The notes beneath the pieces are model-generated. The model saw nothing but the letters and a program-made list of their open reading frames with translations. It was not told the DNA's origin and searched no databases. Both the position numbers and the translations under genes were made by a program. Below, in pieces: positions 59,284 to 64,000 of a stretch of 64,000 nt of DNA. The stretch lies in the IMG/VR virus record IMGVR_UViG_3300025679_000005; one strand, given 5' to 3'. Within the stretch, counting starts at the first letter, position 1, and each line of letters begins with the position of its first letter. Source of the DNA: a virus (taxonomy: Duplodnaviria; Caudoviricetes).

Positions 59284-61698
59284 ATGTTCAGCTACAAAGT
59301 TGCAGACGCTCTATTCCTCGTTCGCCAGGCCGTTTCCACCGAAAAGTCGAAGCCGGCTGTCGTGGAAGTCCCGACCAACCATATTATGGTCATCGATTGC
59401 AGCGGTTCGATGAGTTACGAGCTGCCAAAGATTCGTGAGCAGCTCAAGAAGAAGCTCCCGAAGCTCCTCAAGGCCGAAGACACCATCAGCATCATCTGGT
59501 TCTCGGGCCGGAGAGAATGCGGGATTCTGCTAGAAGCGGAACCGGTAGCCTCCCTGACAGACCTCAAAGCCGTCGAAACGGCCATCGACCGCTGGCTGAA
59601 GCCGGTGGGGCTCACGGGCTTCAAAGACCCACTGGACCTCATCCCAGGCCTGACCGCGAAGATCTCGAAGACTCGCCCCAATAGCGTGTTTTCGATATTT
59701 TTTATGTCCGATGGTTGTGATAATTGTTCGTCCCGTCCGGAGATCATCAAGGCCGTTGAAGTCGCTGGCCAGTCGGTGGCTTCTGCCACATTCGTCGAAT
59801 ACGGCTATTACGCCGATCGCCAGCTCCTGGCCCAAATGGCAGAGAAGGCAGGCGGCTCGACCATCTTCGCTCAGCACTTCGACCAGTTCGAACCGGCCCT
59901 GGAAGCCAGTCTCCAGAAGCGCACCTCGGGTGCTCCCAAGGTCGAAGTCAAGATCACGGGTGACTCCATCTGTGGGTTCGCTTTCGGTTTCTCCGGAAAC
60001 GACCTCTTGACCTTCGCCGTAGAAGGTGGCGCCATCCACGCTCCAAAGGACCTGCCAGAAGTCTGGTACCTGTCCTCGAACAGTGTCGGAACTCAAGAGC
60101 TGGACCTTGTGAAATTCTCCGAGGCAGCGACAGGCTCGACTAAGACAGCCCCGGCCTCGTATTCGTCGGTGATGGCGGCTACTTACGCTGCGATCTCCCT
60201 GTTCTCCAATCGCATGAAGTCGGACGTGGTCCTGTCCCTGCTCAAGTCGATGGGCGATGTCACCTTCATCGACGCTTTTTCTACGTGTTTTGGTAAGCAG
60301 AAGTACAGTGAATTCGTGGAGGCTTCGCAGAAGGCCGCCTTCGATCCCAGCGTTCGCTTTACCAATGGCCGTGACCTCAACCGCATCCCCAAGGATGACG
60401 CCTTCACGGTTTTGGACCTGCTCCGTGTACTGTCCTCGGACGAATCCAATCGCCTGCTTCTTGACAGCAAGGACTTCAAGTACAACCGCATTGGCCGTGG
60501 TCAAATCGACTCCAGCTCGTTGCTCACGGATGAAGAGCAAGCCGAAGTCGCTCGCCTGACCGCGGAAATGACCAAGACCAAGGACGGCAAGAAGGTGGCG
60601 GACTTCGCTGCCAAGATCGCCACCATTACCAGCTCCAAGGACGCTCCCTTGAAGTTCGAGGCGACCCCGCTTCCGGACGGTTGCGAGATCAGTGGTCTGG
60701 TCTACAACGAGGAACGCCCGAACGTCAGTGTCAAGGTCTTCCGCAAGGGTTTAGTTGACCTTACAGAACGTAGGGCTAAGGCCACCAATGCTGGCAATGG
60801 CGACCTAGGCAAGATCCCCGCGGTCATCGACACCAACATCTGGCGTAACTACACGATCATCAAGGATGGCCTAGTAAATGTGGAGCAACTTCCGGTGCGT
60901 TTGACGGCTGGTACCATTCGCACCCTCAAGGACAAGGGGATGCCGATCGAGACCATCCTCGGTGTCGGTGGCGAGGCTCCTGAGACTGCACGTATCCGTG
61001 CTGCCAAGGCCTCGGACGATCGTGATGTCAACGTGGTGTTCGACCTCAAGGCCCTCCCCATCATCAATCGTCAGATGATCAAGGAGGCCAGTGCCCAGGT
61101 GCTATTCGAGAAAGAATACGCCCTGTGCAAGGCCCGTGCGGCCCAGAAGGTCTTCTCAGGCTTCTTGAAGGAGAAGTTCCCCAAGGTGTCTGCTGGCCTG
61201 TCTGAGTCTTTTGGTGAGCCAGCAACCCTGTGGCTCAAGGAGCTGGGAATCACTGATGGTGGCTTCAACCCCAAGAGCGTACAGGCAGAATCGACTGACG
61301 TGTACATGGGCAAGGAATTGAAGACCAGCCTCAAGGGATTGTCGACGATCCCGTCCGTGAACGAGGCCAAGAAAAAGATCGCAGCCGGAGGCAAGCTAAC
61401 CCCCTCGGTAGCCCTCATGGCCCCGTATCTTAAGGAAGTCGACGATTACCTAGCCAGTCCCGAACACAAGGCCAACGAAGCCGGCTTGGAGCAGTGGGCC
61501 AAGGACAAAGCGGAGACCGCCACGAAGACCGTCCGGGGGTTGCTCTTCGACCTCGCCAACACGAAATTTAGTATTCTGGTAGGTCAAATCTGGTTCACGG
61601 AGTTCAAGAGTTTGGATGAAGATACTTTGACTATCACCGTGGACGGCCAACAGATTGAGGGCAAAGTCCAAATGCGTGAGGTAGAGGTAAAAATCTGA
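59284..61698 (+). CDS. von Willebrand factor A domain protein (about 804 aa)
   Basis: MIDAS DCSGS and FMSDG. AAGGAG precedes ATG 59284 (preferred over 59254). Confidence 0.88.
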   Translation: MFSYKVADALFLVRQAVSTEKSKPAVVEVPTNHIMVIDCSGSMSYELPKIREQLKKKLPKLLKAEDTISIIWFSGRRECGILLEAEPVASLTDLKAVETAIDRWLKPVGLTGFKDPLDLIPGLTAKISKTRPNSVFSIFFMSDGCDNCSSRPEIIKAVEVAGQSVASATFVEYGYYADRQLLAQMAEKAGGSTIFAQHFDQFEPALEASLQKRTSGAPKVEVKITGDSICGFAFGFSGNDLLTFAVEGGAIHAPKDLPEVWYLSSNSVGTQELDLVKFSEAATGSTKTAPASYSSVMAATYAAISLFSNRMKSDVVLSLLKSMGDVTFIDAFSTCFGKQKYSEFVEASQKAAFDPSVRFTNGRDLNRIPKDDAFTVLDLLRVLSSDESNRLLLDSKDFKYNRIGRGQIDSSSLLTDEEQAEVARLTAEMTKTKDGKKVADFAAKIATITSSKDAPLKFEATPLPDGCEISGLVYNEERPNVSVKVFRKGLVDLTERRAKATNAGNGDLGKIPAVIDTNIWRNYTIIKDGLVNVEQLPVRLTAGTIRTLKDKGMPIETILGVGGEAPETARIRAAKASDDRDVNVVFDLKALPIINRQMIKEASAQVLFEKEYALCKARAAQKVFSGFLKEKFPKVSAGLSESFGEPATLWLKELGITDGGFNPKSVQAESTDVYMGKELKTSLKGLSTIPSVNEAKKKIAAGGKLTPSVALMAPYLKEVDDYLASPEHKANEAGLEQWAKDKAETATKTVRGLLFDLANTKFSILVGQIWFTEFKSLDEDTLTITVDGQQIEGKVQMREVEVKI

Positions 61699-61719
61699 GT
61701 CTAATAGACTTAGACACGG

Positions 61720-61757
61720 AAAGGCCCCTCTCGACTTTCGGTTTGGGAGGGGCCTTT
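61720..61757. terminator. Bidirectional intrinsic terminator between convergent genes
   Basis: AAAGGCCCCTCTCGAC-TTTC-GGTTTGGGAGGGGCCTTT, lying between the vWA stop (61698) and the minus-strand stop (61769). Confidence 0.85.
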
Positions 61758-61768
61758 GTCGGCCTGAC

Positions 61769-62464
61769 TCACGCCTTTTGTAGGCCAGCCTCAATCAGTT
61801 GATCGACCGTGAAAGCTTCGGGCTCGTAGCTCACGGACATGAGACCCTGCTCACCTGTGTCGGGGCGTTGGGCCCAGGTATCGGTCACTTTCTTGCAGCC
61901 ACAATGGGCACAGACTTCGTGGATGACAACTCCGCCGCCATGTCCCCAAACGCCAGGATTCTGCTTACAGCCGCCGAACAGCTCATGGGACTGTTGCCAG
62001 TCATGCTCGCTTTCGGAGCAATCCGGCTTTCCCTCATACAGGGTCACGGTATCCTCGTCCTCCTCTCCGGTCTCGTCACAGACTGCTTTCACGTCAATCC
62101 AGAGGGTACCCTTGGAGTCTGAGTAGTTGCTGCGGTCGCAATTTTCGCGGGCTGCATCGAGAGCCTCTTCAGAGGAGTCTGCGGTGACGGTATCGTATTC
62201 GTGACCGCCCTCCAATAGCCGCCACTCCCTAGGGCAGTAGGAGCCAGACAAGGCTTCGCGGGCTGCATCGAGCGTCGTCTGGGCAACGTCCTGGGCCGCC
62301 GTGGCCGCAATATAGAGAGGGTCATCGCCAGAGACTTCGTCGTCGTTATTCATCAAATCAACGAAATCTGTGGCCGTTTCTAACGCGGCAACGGCAGCCT
62401 CGACGGCCAAACGGAGGGGGTGGGTGAGGTCTTCGGTCTGAGTCGTTTCTTGATTGAGGTCCAT
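61769..62464 (-). CDS. Acidic hypothetical protein with C-terminal Cys/His cluster
   Basis: The only credible minus-strand gene: occupies a gap with no good plus-strand gene and is bounded by a bidirectional terminator and an AT-rich divergent intergenic region. Confidence 0.75.
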   Translation of the reverse strand: MDLNQETTQTEDLTHPLRLAVEAAVAALETATDFVDLMNNDDEVSGDDPLYIAATAAQDVAQTTLDAAREALSGSYCPREWRLLEGGHEYDTVTADSSEEALDAARENCDRSNYSDSKGTLWIDVKAVCDETGEEDEDTVTLYEGKPDCSESEHDWQQSHELFGGCKQNPGVWGHGGGVVIHEVCAHCGCKKVTDTWAQRPDTGEQGLMSVSYEPEAFTVDQLIEAGLQKA

Positions 62465-62470
62465 GCCTAG

Positions 62471-62477
62471 TACAACG
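62471..62477 (-). promoter_or_regulatory. Variant promoter motif CGTTGTA (minus strand)
   Basis: One mismatch to CGGTGTA, 6 nt upstream of the minus-strand ATG at 62464. Confidence 0.4.
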
Positions 62478-62536
62478 GATCCTTAAGCGAGAAGTTAAGG
62501 GAATTTTTAGAGTATTTTTTCAGGCCTAGTTGGAAT

Positions 62537-62543
62537 CGGTGTA
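62537..62543 (+). promoter_or_regulatory. Putative phage promoter motif CGGTGTA
   Basis: Intergenic, upstream of the GAGG RBS and ATG 62571. Confidence 0.5.
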
Positions 62544-62570
62544 ACCCCCTTATGCAAACCGACAGAGGAC

Positions 62571-62951
62571 ATGACAATGACATTCGTAGCAGTGCAGTTC
62601 AAAGAGAGTGAAACCGCCCACCAACTAGTGGAGCGTTTCATGCAGACCTCGGCTGACAAGGAGTCCCGTTTCAATCAGCTCGAAGTGCTGGGGGTCCTCC
62701 TGTTTGGCAAGAACAAGTACCTTCGCTTCCGTACAGACAGCAAAGACGTGCCGGAAATACTAGGGCAGCTTCTGCTTGAAGGTAGGGGCGTGGTTCACCA
62801 GGATGGGGGAGGGTACGCAGTCAAGCTGCCTACTGGCAAGAAGGGCCCAGCATCGGCATCAGCGATGCAATCCATCGGGGATCCCACCCTAAAGAGGACT
62901 TACAAGGGTACTGCCATCCAATTCTGGGATCGGCAATTTATGCCCAGTTAA
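62571..62951 (+). CDS. Hypothetical protein (126 aa)
   Basis: GAGGA RBS; intact ORF. Confidence 0.65.
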   Translation: MTMTFVAVQFKESETAHQLVERFMQTSADKESRFNQLEVLGVLLFGKNKYLRFRTDSKDVPEILGQLLLEGRGVVHQDGGGYAVKLPTGKKGPASASAMQSIGDPTLKRTYKGTAIQFWDRQFMPS

Positions 62952-62980
62952 GGGGCTTCAGGATAGGTTAGCCCTCGAAT

Positions 62981-62991
62981 TTCCTTTGATT
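62981..62991 (+). promoter_or_regulatory. Second promoter-like motif TTCCTTTGATT
   Basis: Identical to 57983-57993 and at nearly the same distance from the start codon. Confidence 0.5.
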
Positions 62992-63004
62992 AAAGGGGTC
63001 TTGT

Positions 63005-63946
63005 ATGACCCCTTTTGGACGGATCTACCTGGTGACGAACCTGACCAACGGAAAGCGCTATGTTGGCCAAACTACGAAGAGCGTCCGCCAGCGCTGGGTC
63101 CAACATAAATCTGAGGCAAGACGCGGTGGGACTATGCCTTTCCATAGAGCAATTCGGAAATACGGGCCGGATCGCTTTGAGGTGACCGTACTAGAAGAAT
63201 GCTTCGATCTGAATTCGTTGAATTCAGCGGAGGCTCGCTGGATCTCGGTCCTTAAATCTAATATCGATGAAGGCTCCGGCTACAACTGTACCAGTGGTGG
63301 AGAGGGGTGCATTGTATCAGAGGCCACTAGGAAGCTTGCTTCGCTTCAACAGAAGCGTCGTGCTGAAAATCCCGTTCATCGTGCCTGGCTGACTGAAATA
63401 TCTAGGGCTTTCAATCAAAGTGTTGAGGGACGAGCTATACATTCAGAGATAGCACGTCAGGTGTTCTCCGACCCGGTAGTCAGAAAACGTATGTCTGAGG
63501 GTCAACTGAACAGACTTTGGACTCCTGAACAAAGGGCTCAACGACGTTCTATTGGCAAAGAAACTGGACTCCGCCGCTGGTCTAAGCATAGGGAAGAGCA
63601 GGGAGGGTGGATGCCAGAGGATGAGACCAGCTCTTTCATCCAAGGCTTAACCGTTAAGGAGTACGTTGTAAAGAGACGGAGCAACCCCAGGCTACCTAAG
63701 CAAAGTGCCTTTCCGGCAGTGTATGGGAAGACCTTTCAAGAAGTACGTGATGGCTTTAGGCGAAGTTTGTTCGTCACAGAGTCGGAGTTGAAGCTGGCTA
63801 TTACAGGCATGGCTCAGACAGAGTATGTGAGACTCAAGAAAGAAAAGAGACTAGACACAAGGTATCCTCATACAGTCAGTTTCCCGAAAGTATACGGCAA
63901 GACCTACAAAGAAATACGAGACGGATCTCGAAAGGCGGGCTCGTGA
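63005..63946 (+). CDS. Free-standing GIY-YIG homing endonuclease with duplicated C-terminal repeat
   Basis: GRIYLVTNLTNGKRYVGQT..VRQRW.QH, conserved Glu (LNSAEARWI) and GYN. C-terminal FPAVYGKTFQEVRDG / FPKVYGKTYKEIRDG repeats. Confidence 0.9.
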   Translation: MTPFGRIYLVTNLTNGKRYVGQTTKSVRQRWVQHKSEARRGGTMPFHRAIRKYGPDRFEVTVLEECFDLNSLNSAEARWISVLKSNIDEGSGYNCTSGGEGCIVSEATRKLASLQQKRRAENPVHRAWLTEISRAFNQSVEGRAIHSEIARQVFSDPVVRKRMSEGQLNRLWTPEQRAQRRSIGKETGLRRWSKHREEQGGWMPEDETSSFIQGLTVKEYVVKRRSNPRLPKQSAFPAVYGKTFQEVRDGFRRSLFVTESELKLAITGMAQTEYVRLKKEKRLDTRYPHTVSFPKVYGKTYKEIRDGSRKAGS

Positions 63947-64000
63947 AAGTCGCTGTAATACAGACATCGCCGGTCCTTAAGGACATTGAGGGCAATCTCA

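Noticed and set aside
59530-60540. 336-aa minus-strand ORF, plus the many other short overlapping ORFs in the track
   Set aside because: Antisense or alternate-frame shadows of well-supported genes with biased codon usage; no recognisable motifs or start signals.
1-64000. Stop-codon reassignment (TAG recoding)
   Set aside because: ORFs up to 1992 aa translate uninterrupted under the standard code with tight packing. TAG is rare as a stop, but no gene needs read-through.
62952-64000. Group I intron hosting the GIY-YIG gene
   Set aside because: The upstream gene ends normally, the flanks are short with a promoter-like motif, and no intron core elements were recognised. The downstream context is cut off by the window end.
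1-64000. tRNA/rRNA genes
   Set aside because: Intergenic gaps are short and no cloverleaf or rRNA-like sequence was recognised by eye; tRNAscan-SE would be decisive.

Overview
This window is a gene-dense, almost entirely plus-strand segment of a large (jumbo-type) tailed phage genome with a contractile tail. The host is probably a diderm (Gram-negative) bacterium; that is an inference from the putative outer-membrane lysis protein. 1-41257 is the baseplate/tail-fibre block: hub (5' truncated), spike, gp25-like wedge, baseplate J and I, several 600-2000 aa virion proteins, a beta-helix tailspike, a fibre carrying a GH5 glycosidase plus an SGNH esterase, a tail-collar fibre protein and two DUF4815-like paralogues. 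41260-43269 is a membrane/lysis-like cassette with no endolysin in view. 43398-53870 is a replication block: SNF2-like helicase with two LAGLIDADG inteins, an apparently ATPase-dead DnaC-like protein, DnaB-like helicase, stand-alone primase zinc finger and family A DNA polymerase. 54579-63946 holds accessory genes: a DUF2997-like/DUF1257-like/Ycf46-type AAA trio, a possible capsid-fold paralogue, a macrodomain, a vWA protein, one inverted gene and a GIY-YIG endonuclease. Reading by eye added three small ORFs (two missing from the track, one re-started), an HNH remnant, coding tandem repeats, two intrinsic terminators and two recurrent promoter-like motifs. All family calls come from motif recognition by eye; no database searches were run.
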